Assembly (NCBI GenBank): GCA_043810925.1
Contig: JBDRNT010000148.1
Location: 1-52,834, forward strand
Length of the DNA: 52,834 bases
Direction of reading: 5' to 3'
DNA from: Candidatus Eiseniibacteriota bacterium
GTDB lineage: Bacteria; Arandabacterota; Arandabacteria; Arandabacterales; Arandabacteraceae
A model generated the notes under the pieces. The model had not been told where the DNA came from, ran no database searches, and was given only the letters and a program-made list of their open reading frames with translations. Every line of letters starts with the position of its first letter. Position 1 is the stretch's first letter. The position numbers and the translations under genes were made by a program. Shown in pieces: positions 39,458 through 49,904 of the stretch.

Positions 39458-41326
39458 ATGGGGAGACAACGCCTCGATGAAATCCTGATCCAGCAGGGCC
39501 TGATAACCGACAAGGACGTGAAAGAGGCCCTGTTGCACCAGAAGACGCACGGCGGGAAATTCGGCTCTCACCTGCTGTATTGTCGTTTCGTAACCGAAGC
39601 CCAACTCGTCGATGCCCTCGCCAACCAGCTTGGTCATCCTGGCGTCGTGATAACCGGCGTCAAGATCCCCGGAAGCGTCATCAAGATGATCCCCAAAAAT
39701 GTAGCACTGGCACGGAAGGTGATGCCATTTGAATACGACCGTAAGGCCAGGGTCCTCAAGGTTGCGTGTGATGACCCCACCGACCAGAGCCTGATCAAGG
39801 AACTGAGCTTCGTTGTCTCAGGGATAAAGATCGAACTGTATGTAGCAGCTGAGACTGCCCTCAATACCGTTATCGCCAGGTACTATCTGGGCCGGGATAC
39901 CACACTCGATGATAACCTCCTTCTTGAGATACCGGAGGACACGACAAAAACTCTTGTGGCGTCACAAGCAAGACAACCCGCACAAAGCGCACACACCGAT
40001 GATGTTTCGGAGGATGTACAGGATCTCTTCTTGAGCAATCTAGATCTCATGACATCCTTGCTCTCATCCGCAGCCAGGCAGACTTCAAACCACAGCCGCC
40101 AGGTTGGCCGCTACACCGAGAAGCTCTGCCGCAAACTGGAACTGCCATGCGCAGACCGGCTGATGATCGCCAGTGCAGGTTATCTTCATGATCTTGCCCG
40201 CTTCTACTACCAGTCGGAAAACATCGATAATGATCGCAGACTGATACAGCTGAGCATCAAGCTCCTCGTATCCCACAACTACTCACCGGTGATGATAGAG
40301 ATCCTGCACTCCATGTATGCGAACCTCGATGAGGGGTGCGAGACCGACCTGCCGATTCATATTCTGGGAGGCAGTATCGTCACCGTGGTCGACCAGTTCT
40401 GCCATGCGGCCCCGGACCACGAGCGCCTTTCACTCGACAGATTCGACAGCATCAAGAGAAGACTCCGCGATCAGGCCGGCCGGCTCTTCCTCCCGAAGGT
40501 GGCGGAAGCGTTCATTGAGATGGTGCAGGATGAAGTGCTGGACCTCCAGACCGGCCGGGGATCACTCCAGCTGATGCTCTATTGCGAAGACCAGGTTCTC
40601 CAGCAGCCGCTTGAGACAAGGCTAAAGGCCGAAGGCTTCGGAGTGGTCTCGCATGACTCAGTGGCATCGCTTGCGGGGCTTTACGAACGGAGCAAGCCCG
40701 ATATCCTCATCCTGGCGCTCATAGGCGGTGCACAGGAGGCCACGGCCCTGGTTGATGAGCTGACAATCTGGGGCATCAAGATTGTCCGTACCCCTACCCT
40801 CCTCCTTGTCGAGAGCTCATCGGTATCACACCTTGCCGGCCTGCTCGAACGGGGGATAGAGGACATCATTGTACTCGAAGACAACCTGGACCAGCTGGTC
40901 GGCAGGATCCGCCGGCTCGAGTCTGAGGCGCTTTCTACCGCTGAGGATACGAAGGACACCGCGGGAGCCGGCGCCAGCGGAAGCCTGGACGACATGAATC
41001 TGATAGATCTCCTTCAGTCTCTCGACGGGGCCGGTGAGACTGTGAAGATAGAGATCGAGTCGGGTAAGTGCCCACCCGATCGGCTGACACTCTACATGGA
41101 AAGCGGACGTCTGGTGTATGCCGGACTGAAGGACCTAAACGGACCCGAGGCCGCGTATGAAGGTTGCACCTGGCTCGACGGAACCTGGAGCGTGGAGCCC
41201 GTTAAGACCGAGGAGGTACCGTCCTCCAACATCAGCATGGCCAATGAGTCCATCCTGATGGAAGCCTGCAAACTGCTCGATAAACGCTCGAAAGCCACCG
41301 AACTTCTTCCAGTTATCAAAGCCTGA
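39458..41326 (+). CDS. MshEN/GSPII_N + degenerate HD + receiver-like + DUF4388 signalling protein
   Basis: RLDEILIQQGLIT...ALLHQ; ACDDP; HSRQV...YLHDL; KPDILIL; SGSLDDMNLIDLLQ. Confidence 0.72.
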   Translation: MGRQRLDEILIQQGLITDKDVKEALLHQKTHGGKFGSHLLYCRFVTEAQLVDALANQLGHPGVVITGVKIPGSVIKMIPKNVALARKVMPFEYDRKARVLKVACDDPTDQSLIKELSFVVSGIKIELYVAAETALNTVIARYYLGRDTTLDDNLLLEIPEDTTKTLVASQARQPAQSAHTDDVSEDVQDLFLSNLDLMTSLLSSAARQTSNHSRQVGRYTEKLCRKLELPCADRLMIASAGYLHDLARFYYQSENIDNDRRLIQLSIKLLVSHNYSPVMIEILHSMYANLDEGCETDLPIHILGGSIVTVVDQFCHAAPDHERLSLDRFDSIKRRLRDQAGRLFLPKVAEAFIEMVQDEVLDLQTGRGSLQLMLYCEDQVLQQPLETRLKAEGFGVVSHDSVASLAGLYERSKPDILILALIGGAQEATALVDELTIWGIKIVRTPTLLLVESSSVSHLAGLLERGIEDIIVLEDNLDQLVGRIRRLESEALSTAEDTKDTAGAGASGSLDDMNLIDLLQSLDGAGETVKIEIESGKCPPDRLTLYMESGRLVYAGLKDLNGPEAAYEGCTWLDGTWSVEPVKTEEVPSSNISMANESILMEACKLLDKRSKATELLPVIKA

Positions 41327-41487
41327 CCCTATTCTTACTACCTGCGGCCGCGGCCTCCGGTGCCGCGCAAGCTGCAATCCTTGCGAAGACGCCGCAGGTT
41401 ATCGGAAGTCCACTCGGAGCGGACTTTGATCATCTGCCAGCTTCTCTCGCCATGATATCTTGCGCTTCTGTTTCGTAGCCGTATCAC

Positions 41488-42579
41488 TCAGACTTCTGAA
41501 TCCGCGCTCTCGATCTCGCGGATTTCAGTCTTGTGCTCAATCTCGGGCATCTGCCGCATGTAAGAAGTGGCGGCCTTGAGTGCACCGAGAATCTGCTTGC
41601 ATTCCGTATATGCGTTTGTGGCCATCGTCGCCGCCCTTGCGACCCTGTTTTCAAGTATCTTGTCCATCTCATCAAGGTTTCGTTCTATCTTGGTTATGTT
41701 CGCTTCGAAGTTCTCGAAATCTATGGACCGCGACATCTGGAGATGGAGTTGATAGAGTGCGAGAACGTAGGGGACCACCATGCTGTAGGCCATGAGCAGC
41801 ACGCCCCGCTTGAAAGCCTCTATGTGTACTTTCTTACAGTATGCGTATACGGAATCCGGAACCGCCGCGATTGCGATATTGCTCGTAGCCGAGGGTTCGA
41901 TGTAAGACGCGACCTCTTTCACCTTCCTCTCGACTTCCCGCTCGAGGTCGCTTTCAAGCCGCTTCACACGTTCGGGATCGGTCTCCTTCTGAATCCGGTC
42001 CATTGCCTCGATACCGCTCCACTTGGAATCGACCGGAAGCCTCTTCTGGTTCGGTAGCACGATCGCATATTCCACCACCTTACCACCCACATGGAAGTTC
42101 CTGTCTATCATCTCGGGCGGAAACTCGGCAAAGGCGTCCGCAAGTATGTTCTCGCCCGACTCACCCCTTGTCCTCGCTCCCACCAGCACCCGCTCTATCC
42201 GGCGGGTCACCGCATGGATGTCGTCTTCGCGTCTGGACTGGTCCTCGAACTTGGCCTTAAGCTCGGTGAGCACCCTGCGCGTATCACCCACATCTTTCGA
42301 AATCGCTTCTCTGACGCCACCTGTCGTCTCGGCAACCTTCGTCTCGACACCTTTGAGTGAGACCTCAAGTTTGCCGAGGTTCTGTATCATCGTGGCCTGC
42401 GCACCTGTGATGGCACCGATCTGTGACTCAAGCGCCGAGAGACTCTTGACCGATTCGAGAAGTGTGGGTAGTACGCTGTCGACCGCACTGCCCTGCCGCT
42501 GTCTCATCAGCCTCGCGATCACGACTGCAAGCAGGATCACTACGGCTACAAGCAGTCCGACGATCAACTTTTCACTCAT
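41488..42579 (-). CDS. rmuC: DNA recombination protein RmuC
   Basis: N-terminal TM, coiled coil, RGESGE, LPVDSK. Confidence 0.8.
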   Translation of the reverse strand: MSEKLIVGLLVAVVILLAVVIARLMRQRQGSAVDSVLPTLLESVKSLSALESQIGAITGAQATMIQNLGKLEVSLKGVETKVAETTGGVREAISKDVGDTRRVLTELKAKFEDQSRREDDIHAVTRRIERVLVGARTRGESGENILADAFAEFPPEMIDRNFHVGGKVVEYAIVLPNQKRLPVDSKWSGIEAMDRIQKETDPERVKRLESDLEREVERKVKEVASYIEPSATSNIAIAAVPDSVYAYCKKVHIEAFKRGVLLMAYSMVVPYVLALYQLHLQMSRSIDFENFEANITKIERNLDEMDKILENRVARAATMATNAYTECKQILGALKAATSYMRQMPEIEHKTEIREIESADSEV

Positions 42580-44383
42580 CGTCCTTACGCCCTTCCTGCC
42601 TGGGCCGGCTGCGGAAGATCAGACTAGCGACATAGCGCGGGTCGAGATCTTCCCATGATGCGGCCTTCCCCACCTCTTCCTCAAGCGTCCTGATTCCAGC
42701 GGTGAAGTACGTTTTCAGGGTCTCCCACTTCCGATCCGTGTAGCCCGTGACGTCCGAAAGCTGCGACAGGAAGCTCTCGGAGTTCTCAGCCCGTACCAGT
42801 CTCTCACTCGTACCGGATTTTTCAAGCACTTTCTCAAAGAGGTCCTTCACATCGTCCCGGGACATGGGCGATATTTGCAGATTGCCTTTTAAAGTGAAGT
42901 TGACGAACGCCGTCAGCAAGAGGTTACGAAAGCATATCCCCTCGATTCCACCCGCAAGGATGTCTGCCGGCGCTTGCTCTGCTTCATGCGGCCGGGGAAT
43001 GCCGATCCTGTCAAAGCAGACTTCGGATATGACTTCGATCCCGTCTAAGACCTCTCCGACTTCGTGGACTTCAGCCATGGTCTCGAAATCTCTGAACTCG
43101 GCACCACCGCCCCCCCGATGGCCATGGTATTGTGGGACCCTCTCCATAAGAGCGCTCATCACCCGGTCATGAGGAAAATCGAGAAACCTGAAGCCATCCG
43201 CCCGCCATTCAGGCCACCACTTCCGGGCGATCGACCTGGCTCTCGTCCGGAGGTCCATCACACGGCTGAAACCGATCTGGAAGAGTTCCCTGACCGCGAC
43301 CCTCTTCACCACCTCGCTCGCCTGTTGCCTGTCACTGCCTGCAAGGAAAAGCAGACCGACATTGACAAGCGAGAAGAGGCGCTTGACCGCAGCTTTTATG
43401 GAATCGATCTCGCCGATTTCCCGGGCATCGGCAACAAGCAGCCGGTTGGCGGTGAAGGCGATCTCACCGCGTAGCCTGTTTAAAAGAGCAGCGTCATCAA
43501 GACCGGTGAGAACGTTATAGAAGAAGGTCTTACCCTCCGCGAGAAGAACGGGATACGCAGGTGACACGGCCGTTGCAGACTCCGAGGAACATGACACCGG
43601 CTGAGTTTCCGCCGCCATAGCCCTCGCTTCGTCCTCTCCGATATAGCCATAGATTTCAACGGCCTCATCGAACTCAAGCAACCCCTTTTCCTCGAGTCGG
43701 GAGTTTCTCCACCGGAGCGCCTGCTCCTCGATCTCCGCACCCATGCAGCCGTATATTTCAAAGAGGATCTTATAGAATTCATCACGATTCCATTGTCTTA
43801 AGATCCGGAGCAGGAGCCTCACATTTTCGATCTCCTGCGGGACATTCGAAAGAATCGTGAAGTATTCATCGGGCATGATGCACGGCAAGCCCTCGGGCAC
43901 TGCCACCCCTTCCTCATTCGGTACCAGGCTGATAAGATTGCCGAGCATCAGTACGAGGAGCTCCCTGTCGAGCGTCTCGGCCAGCTCGATGACCTTTGCT
44001 TCCCCGCAGCTTAAAACATACCAGAGCCATCTCCTCGCCTTCGCTTCGTCGATCGTCTCCCGTGTCCAGATCTCGACATCAAGGATGAACCTGATCTGCT
44101 CGGGAGTCGTGAGAGCAACTATCGGTAGACAGTCCTCATCGCCTGCGCCCTTCACAGTAAGAAACACCTCTTCCTCGGGCAGGGCCTTGACCACATCTTC
44201 AGCCAGGTCGGAATTGGCGATAATCTTGAGTCTATCCTTCCAGCCAAGACCGACGATGAGCGCAACCTGCGTCTCAACAGGAAGTCCACGTAGTCCCGCT
44301 CTGACCTGGGAGTCATTGAGCTCCGACAGGTTCTTTGCCCATGCAAGTTCCGGAAGGCCCGGAAGGCCCGGTTCGTAAATCAT
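42572..44383 (-). CDS. DUF6178-like hypothetical protein
   Basis: EQIRFILDVEIW, EEQALRWRNSRLEEKG, LFQIGFS. Confidence 0.65.
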   Translation of the reverse strand: MIYEPGLPGLPELAWAKNLSELNDSQVRAGLRGLPVETQVALIVGLGWKDRLKIIANSDLAEDVVKALPEEEVFLTVKGAGDEDCLPIVALTTPEQIRFILDVEIWTRETIDEAKARRWLWYVLSCGEAKVIELAETLDRELLVLMLGNLISLVPNEEGVAVPEGLPCIMPDEYFTILSNVPQEIENVRLLLRILRQWNRDEFYKILFEIYGCMGAEIEEQALRWRNSRLEEKGLLEFDEAVEIYGYIGEDEARAMAAETQPVSCSSESATAVSPAYPVLLAEGKTFFYNVLTGLDDAALLNRLRGEIAFTANRLLVADAREIGEIDSIKAAVKRLFSLVNVGLLFLAGSDRQQASEVVKRVAVRELFQIGFSRVMDLRTRARSIARKWWPEWRADGFRFLDFPHDRVMSALMERVPQYHGHRGGGGAEFRDFETMAEVHEVGEVLDGIEVISEVCFDRIGIPRPHEAEQAPADILAGGIEGICFRNLLLTAFVNFTLKGNLQISPMSRDDVKDLFEKVLEKSGTSERLVRAENSESFLSQLSDVTGYTDRKWETLKTYFTAGIRTLEEEVGKAASWEDLDPRYVASLIFRSRPRQEGRKDDE

Positions 44384-44514
44384 TGCCCCATATTACACCA
44401 AAAGCATGCAGTCGTGTAGTCAAGTTTTTGGAATTGACCTCATGCCTGCCAGGTGCGAGAATCACTGAGCAAATCCTGATGCAAATTCACGTTTTGAGAG
44501 GAATCCAGGAGCAA

Positions 44515-45615
44515 TTGGCCGCCGCAAAACAGATCAAGACCCTCTTCGTAATCGGGCACCAGTATCACAGGGCATCACTCGATCCCGTTTACAGGTGTAT
44601 GAAGGAGCGCGGCCATTACGATATCTCATTTACCTGTACGGATGAGAAGGAACGCAGATGGCTCTTCTTCCCGAAGTCCCTCAGGAAGGACGTCGAAGCC
44701 CGGCTTCGCGCGGAGGGTCTTAAGGTCACGCAAGAGAAGCGGGGGTTCGATGTCATCGTAACCGGCGATGTCTTCAAGGATGCCGGTGAATACGGCGATA
44801 GCCTGCTTTGCTTCCTCAACCACGGGACCGGGATTAAGACAATCCTCTACCGGCTTCTCGCCAAACACAAGGATACGAGCTATGCGATCTTTGTCGAAGG
44901 CGAATACAGGAAACGGAGGATCGAAGAACTCGGGGTGAAGGGCTCATCCGAGATCCATGTGGTGGGCTACCCCAAGCTCGACCCTGTTTTCAGGGATGAC
45001 CTCGACCGTGATGCGATCATGCGCAGGTGGAATCTCGACCCGGCCAGAGCGACTGTACTCTTTGCTCCGACCTATAAGCCGACGTGTATCGACAAGGTGA
45101 GAGAAAAGATCCTGCCTGCGACCGCAGGCTATAATCTCCTTATCAAGCTCCACCACTACAGCTGGCGCGGCAAGTATGCCCCTCACTGGCATCACAAGAT
45201 CTACGAGAAGGCCGTCGGGGCATACGACCACGCGAGACTCATCCCGCCTGAGGAGCACAACATCATACCGTTCATCTTTGTTGCGGACACCATGATAAGC
45301 GAAGCTTCGAGTACGATCTTCGAATTCCTCGCCCTGGGTAAGATAGGCATCATATTCGATCTTGAATGCGACCGGCTGAAGCACCACGACGGCATGCCGA
45401 TCCTCGATGAGGATAACAGGCGCTTCCTTGAGGGAGCTTTTATCCATATCCGGAGTCCCGAGGAGATAAGAGATGCCATAGCGCGGGCCCTCAAGCCAGG
45501 GGATGAGATGAAAGCCCGTGTCGAGGGATATCGAAACGAGCTCTTCTACAAGCTCGACGGCAAGGCATCGGAAAGAATGGTGGATACGATCGAGAGGTTG
45601 GTTAGACTTAAGTGA
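44515..45615 (+). CDS. CDP-glycerol glycerophosphotransferase (TagB/TagF-like) family protein
   Basis: LNHG, VGYPKLD, LFAPT, IKLH, ADTMISEASS..FEF, DGKASER; TTG after AGGAG (start uncertain). Confidence 0.8.
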   Translation: MAAAKQIKTLFVIGHQYHRASLDPVYRCMKERGHYDISFTCTDEKERRWLFFPKSLRKDVEARLRAEGLKVTQEKRGFDVIVTGDVFKDAGEYGDSLLCFLNHGTGIKTILYRLLAKHKDTSYAIFVEGEYRKRRIEELGVKGSSEIHVVGYPKLDPVFRDDLDRDAIMRRWNLDPARATVLFAPTYKPTCIDKVREKILPATAGYNLLIKLHHYSWRGKYAPHWHHKIYEKAVGAYDHARLIPPEEHNIIPFIFVADTMISEASSTIFEFLALGKIGIIFDLECDRLKHHDGMPILDEDNRRFLEGAFIHIRSPEEIRDAIARALKPGDEMKARVEGYRNELFYKLDGKASERMVDTIERLVRLK

Positions 45616-46376
45616 AGATGAAACGCGAATGTAAGACAGCCGTGATCCTGGCGGCCGGCGGCGGCACACGTGTGAGGACGCTTACGTCTGAGCGACCCAA
45701 GTGTCTTATGGACTTAGGCGGCAGACGGATAATCGATTGGATTTTCGACGCTCTCGCCGCCGGCGGTGTCCGCGATGTCGTTATGGTCACGGGCTTTAAG
45801 GCCGCCGTCCTTGAACGTGCTATCGGGGACGGGAAAGACCAGGACATGCGGATAAGATACGTCCGGAATCGCCGGTGGAAAGAACCCAACGGCATCTCGC
45901 TTCATGCCGCAAGAACCGCTCTAAGAGGCGGCCAACCGTTTCTGACGCTGATGTCGGATCACCTTCTGCCGCCGGGCATCATAAGGAAGGTCGCACGGGC
46001 ACATACGTCGAGATGCATACTCGCCGTTGATACCGATATTAAGAACGTCTTTGACCTGAGTGATGCCACAAAGGTCAGAGTCAGGAACGGGGTGCCGGAG
46101 GCGATAGGCAAGAAACTGAGGACTTACAATGCTGTGGACTGCGGGCTCTTCAGATTCGACGGCCGCATCTTCACCGCGCTTGAGACCGCCTTTAAAAACG
46201 GAAAGAAGTCACTCTCAGATGGTGTTAAGAACTTGATCGCAGACGGAGACCTTGAAGTCCTCCCGGTGGCACCGGGCATGACCTGGATCGATATCGACAC
46301 CCCGAAGGCATACCGCCATGCCCTGGGCGATCTAAACACATATTTGTCGCGGCCGGGCCGGAGGAGAGGGAAATGA
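45612..46376 (+). CDS. Cytidylyltransferase, IPCT/LicC-like
   Basis: ILAAGGGTR, RPK, NGISL, MSDH, DATKV, IGK, VDCGLF, WIDIDT. Confidence 0.82.
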   Translation: MKMKRECKTAVILAAGGGTRVRTLTSERPKCLMDLGGRRIIDWIFDALAAGGVRDVVMVTGFKAAVLERAIGDGKDQDMRIRYVRNRRWKEPNGISLHAARTALRGGQPFLTLMSDHLLPPGIIRKVARAHTSRCILAVDTDIKNVFDLSDATKVRVRNGVPEAIGKKLRTYNAVDCGLFRFDGRIFTALETAFKNGKKSLSDGVKNLIADGDLEVLPVAPGMTWIDIDTPKAYRHALGDLNTYLSRPGRRRGK

Positions 46377-48529
46377 AGATGACAAAGATGATACTGGTAG
46401 CTTCCGCCCTTACGATAGTCACAGCGCTTAACCCCACGGTTGCACTCCCCCTCTCCCATGAGATAACGGTTTCAATCTTCCCGCCGGACAAGAGCCTGAG
46501 GGCTACGGATGTCATCCGGCTCGCGCCGGAAGAAATAGAAGACGGCGAGGTGAGATTTCTCATAAACAAGGACCTGACCGTTGAGAGCATCCGGGCTGAT
46601 ATCGGAGTGGAACGCTGGTACACCGAGGAGGATGTCGATCCGGGCGTTTTCAAGGCTGACGCGGACTCTGAGGATCTTGAGCTTCTCGGTCGGAGCAAGG
46701 GTATCTTCATTGTGTTTCCGGAGGGAACATGTGCCGACGGTCCCGTCTCAGTCGAGATCGAGTATGCAGGCGTGCTTTATGACAGTATCCAGGCACCCGC
46801 CGAAGCATATGCCAAGGGCTTTGGAACAACGACCGGACTTATCGAGGACCGGGGGGTCTTTCTCACGAATGAATCACTGTGGTATCCGTTTCAGTTCGAC
46901 AAGATGTTCAGGTTCGTCATAAGAGCGGATGTCCCCTATGACTGGATGCCGGTGAGCCAGGGCGATCTTCGGGATGAATGGATCGCCACCGTCGACTCAG
47001 AGGATCGTGTATTCACTGTCTGGTCCGAGCCCAATCCTACGCCTGAGATTTATCTCGTCGCAGGTAAGTACTACAGGCATGAGGAGTATCATGACGGTGT
47101 CTGGGTGATGACTTATACCTTTGAGCAAAGTGACAGTCTCTCGCGGGTCTACCTGGATGCGACCAAACGCTACATCGACATGTACGAGGGCCTGATCGGT
47201 GATTATCCTTTCGGCAAGTTCGCGCTGGTTGAGAACTTCTGGCAGACCGGCTACGGGATGCCGTCGTTTACGCTGCTCGGGAGCAAAGTCATAAGGTTGC
47301 CTTTCATCGTCCATACATCATACGGTCATGAGATTCTTCACAACTGGTGGGGTAACTCGGTCTATGTCGACTACGCCACCGGCAACTGGTGTGAGGGTCT
47401 TACAACCTACGGGGCTGACTATCTCTACAAGGAACAGATGAGCGCAGAGGAGGCGCGGGACTACAGGCACCACACCCTGATCGCCTTTAATAATTACGTT
47501 TCGGATGCCGAGGACTTCCCTCTCTCCGACTTTCATGAACGTCACGATGCAGCGTCCCAGAGCGTGGGTTACGGCAAGTCGTTGATGGTTTACCATATGT
47601 TAAGAAAGTCGCTTGGTGACAGTCTCTTCTGGGAGTCGCTCCGGCAGTTCTATGAGAAATCGAAGTTCACGATTGCATCGTGGAGCGATCTCGCGGCAAC
47701 CTTTGGCGAAGTCTCGGGTCAGGATCTTGCCTGGTTCTTCGACCAGTGGACCTCGAGAACCGGCTTCCCGGCTGTCCGGCTCACCGATCCCGGCTACTCG
47801 GAAGAGGACGGAGATTATTCCGTCAGTTTCACGCTCGAGCAGGACGCACCGATATTCGTGATCGACCTTTCTGTTGTGATTGAAACACTAGACGGCACCG
47901 AGAACGCGCTGGTACGTGTGAGCGGCTCGGATAGCACATACACGGTTGAGACCAGTGCTCTGCCCATGAGTATAGCAATTGACCCGGATTACGATACCTT
48001 TAGAAGACTCTATACGGAGGAGATCCCCATAACGCTCGGCGCCATGTTCGGCCAGGACGAGGTCATTGCCGTGATCGGAAGCGAAGAAGCTGATACGACC
48101 AAGTCGGTCTACCGCGCCGTCGCCGCCGCATGGGGGCTGGCCGACCTGACTTATGATGAGACCGGGTTCGATGCGTCGAGACTGGCGAAAGAACACGTGT
48201 GGCTTCTTGGGAGAGGCACGTTACTCACTGGCGTTCTCGGGTCCGACCACGTTGATATTACGGTCGACGGAGAGACCGCGATGATCGCAGGCTCGGAGCT
48301 GCCCCTGGCCGGAGGCACGCTGATATCGGCATTCCGAAACCCGCAGGACGAAAGCCTCACCGTGGGCATCGTCATAAGTCAAGACGTCGAAACCCTGCAA
48401 TCGCTGGCCCCGAGGATTCCCCACTACAGCAAGTACAGTTATCTTGGTTTCACTGGCGGGCGGCCGACGCTTAGGGGTGTCTGGAAAGCTATGGCGAGCC
48501 CTCTAAGAGCAGAACTCAAAAAGAGGTGA
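46373..48529 (+). CDS. Secreted M1-family aminopeptidase
   Basis: Signal peptide; GYGMP; HEILHNWWG...WCEGL; GYGK. Confidence 0.9.
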   Translation: MKMTKMILVASALTIVTALNPTVALPLSHEITVSIFPPDKSLRATDVIRLAPEEIEDGEVRFLINKDLTVESIRADIGVERWYTEEDVDPGVFKADADSEDLELLGRSKGIFIVFPEGTCADGPVSVEIEYAGVLYDSIQAPAEAYAKGFGTTTGLIEDRGVFLTNESLWYPFQFDKMFRFVIRADVPYDWMPVSQGDLRDEWIATVDSEDRVFTVWSEPNPTPEIYLVAGKYYRHEEYHDGVWVMTYTFEQSDSLSRVYLDATKRYIDMYEGLIGDYPFGKFALVENFWQTGYGMPSFTLLGSKVIRLPFIVHTSYGHEILHNWWGNSVYVDYATGNWCEGLTTYGADYLYKEQMSAEEARDYRHHTLIAFNNYVSDAEDFPLSDFHERHDAASQSVGYGKSLMVYHMLRKSLGDSLFWESLRQFYEKSKFTIASWSDLAATFGEVSGQDLAWFFDQWTSRTGFPAVRLTDPGYSEEDGDYSVSFTLEQDAPIFVIDLSVVIETLDGTENALVRVSGSDSTYTVETSALPMSIAIDPDYDTFRRLYTEEIPITLGAMFGQDEVIAVIGSEEADTTKSVYRAVAAAWGLADLTYDETGFDASRLAKEHVWLLGRGTLLTGVLGSDHVDITVDGETAMIAGSELPLAGGTLISAFRNPQDESLTVGIVISQDVETLQSLAPRIPHYSKYSYLGFTGGRPTLRGVWKAMASPLRAELKKR

Positions 48530-48532
48530 GAG

Positions 48533-49789
48533 ATGTTTCGCAAGGCGACAATGCTTCTGATGATCTCGCTGGCAATCGCAGTAACAAGCTGTTCGGCCGA
48601 GGACCGTGCGACGGCAGACCTCGCTCGTACCCTTGAAAGCCATGTGCGTTACCTCGCCAGTGATTCACTCGAGGGAAGACTCGTAGGAACACCGGGTATT
48701 GAGCAAGCAGCGGAGTATATCGCGGACAACTTCGAGAGCATTGGCCTCGAACCCCTTTTCGATGGTTTGTACTACCAGGACTTCGGTCTCGACTTCGCGC
48801 TTGTAGACACGACAAGCCGGGACACCGTAATCGTGCACAACGTGGGCGGCGCCATCCGGGGAACGGATCTCGCAGGTGAATGGCTTGTGATCGGAGCTCA
48901 TTATGACCACCTGGGCTACGGCGATATCGCCTCATCGACTCCAGGGCGAAGAGAAGTCCATAACGGGGCCGACGATAACGCATCGGGTGTGGCCGCCGTG
49001 CTTGAGGTCGCACGGAAGTCGATCGAGGCGGAAAGACCCCGGAGGTCGATGGCGTTCGTGTGCTTTACCGGAGAGGAACTGGGGACAATCGGCTCCGAAT
49101 ACTACTGTGAGAATCCCCCGCACTCAATCGACAGCACCGTAGCGATGATCAATCTTGACACCGTGGGAAGGCTTGAGGATAACCGGCTGATTGTTTTCGG
49201 CGCGAGGAGTGCCGCTGAGTTCAGTGACATCCTTGCCGAGGCCAACGCGGATTATTCACTTGATGTCATAGAAAAGAAGGAGATCTACGGCTACTCCGAC
49301 CAAAATCCCTTCTATGCATGCGCAATCCCGTCAGTCCACTTCTTCACCGGCGCATACGATGACTATCACTCACCGGATGATGACTGGGATAACCTCAACT
49401 ACGAAGGCCTCGAGGTATTGACTTCATTTGTCGCCGACTTCGCACTCACGCTCGCCTCGCGTGCGGAAGAGTTGACCCCGGTCATTGATTCCGAGGAGCC
49501 GTCGAAGACCGGCGGATCTCGCGGCCACGGTGCTTTCTTAGGGATCATACCCGACTTCGCCTATGGCGGGACAGGTGTAGGTATAAGAGGGGCTGTCCCC
49601 GGAAGTCCCGCTGAAGCTGCAGGGCTAAAGGAAGACGATGTGATCCTCAGCATCAACGGTGTACCCATCGTTGATCTTAAGGGACTGATGCAGACCTTGG
49701 TCAAGAAGAGTCCCGGTGACGAGATCGAAATCCGGGTCAACCGGGCGCCCTCCAGGGTAACGTTAAAGGCGACCCTCGCCACCCGCTAA
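48533..49789 (+). CDS. M28 peptidase lipoprotein with PDZ domain
   Basis: VTSC lipobox; GAHYDHLG, GADDNASG, GEE, NLD, DYH; LGIIPD...GSPAEAAGL. Confidence 0.92.
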   Translation: MFRKATMLLMISLAIAVTSCSAEDRATADLARTLESHVRYLASDSLEGRLVGTPGIEQAAEYIADNFESIGLEPLFDGLYYQDFGLDFALVDTTSRDTVIVHNVGGAIRGTDLAGEWLVIGAHYDHLGYGDIASSTPGRREVHNGADDNASGVAAVLEVARKSIEAERPRRSMAFVCFTGEELGTIGSEYYCENPPHSIDSTVAMINLDTVGRLEDNRLIVFGARSAAEFSDILAEANADYSLDVIEKKEIYGYSDQNPFYACAIPSVHFFTGAYDDYHSPDDDWDNLNYEGLEVLTSFVADFALTLASRAEELTPVIDSEEPSKTGGSRGHGAFLGIIPDFAYGGTGVGIRGAVPGSPAEAAGLKEDDVILSINGVPIVDLKGLMQTLVKKSPGDEIEIRVNRAPSRVTLKATLATR

Positions 49790-49896
49790 TTCGGTACCAG
49801 CTTAGTAATTATCGCTCAGTGTGGATGAAGGACGTGGCTGCAGTCATCAGCTGTCTTGCGGGAAGGTCACTGTAATTAGCAAGCTGGCACTGAATT
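49787..49896. repeat. Inverted pair of AT-rich repeats (left cluster)
   Basis: TAATTCGGTACCAGCTTAGTAATTAT (49787-49812) and TAATTAGCAAGCTGGCACTGAATT (49873-49896). Confidence 0.75.
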
Positions 49897-49904
49897 CGCA
49901 GCAT

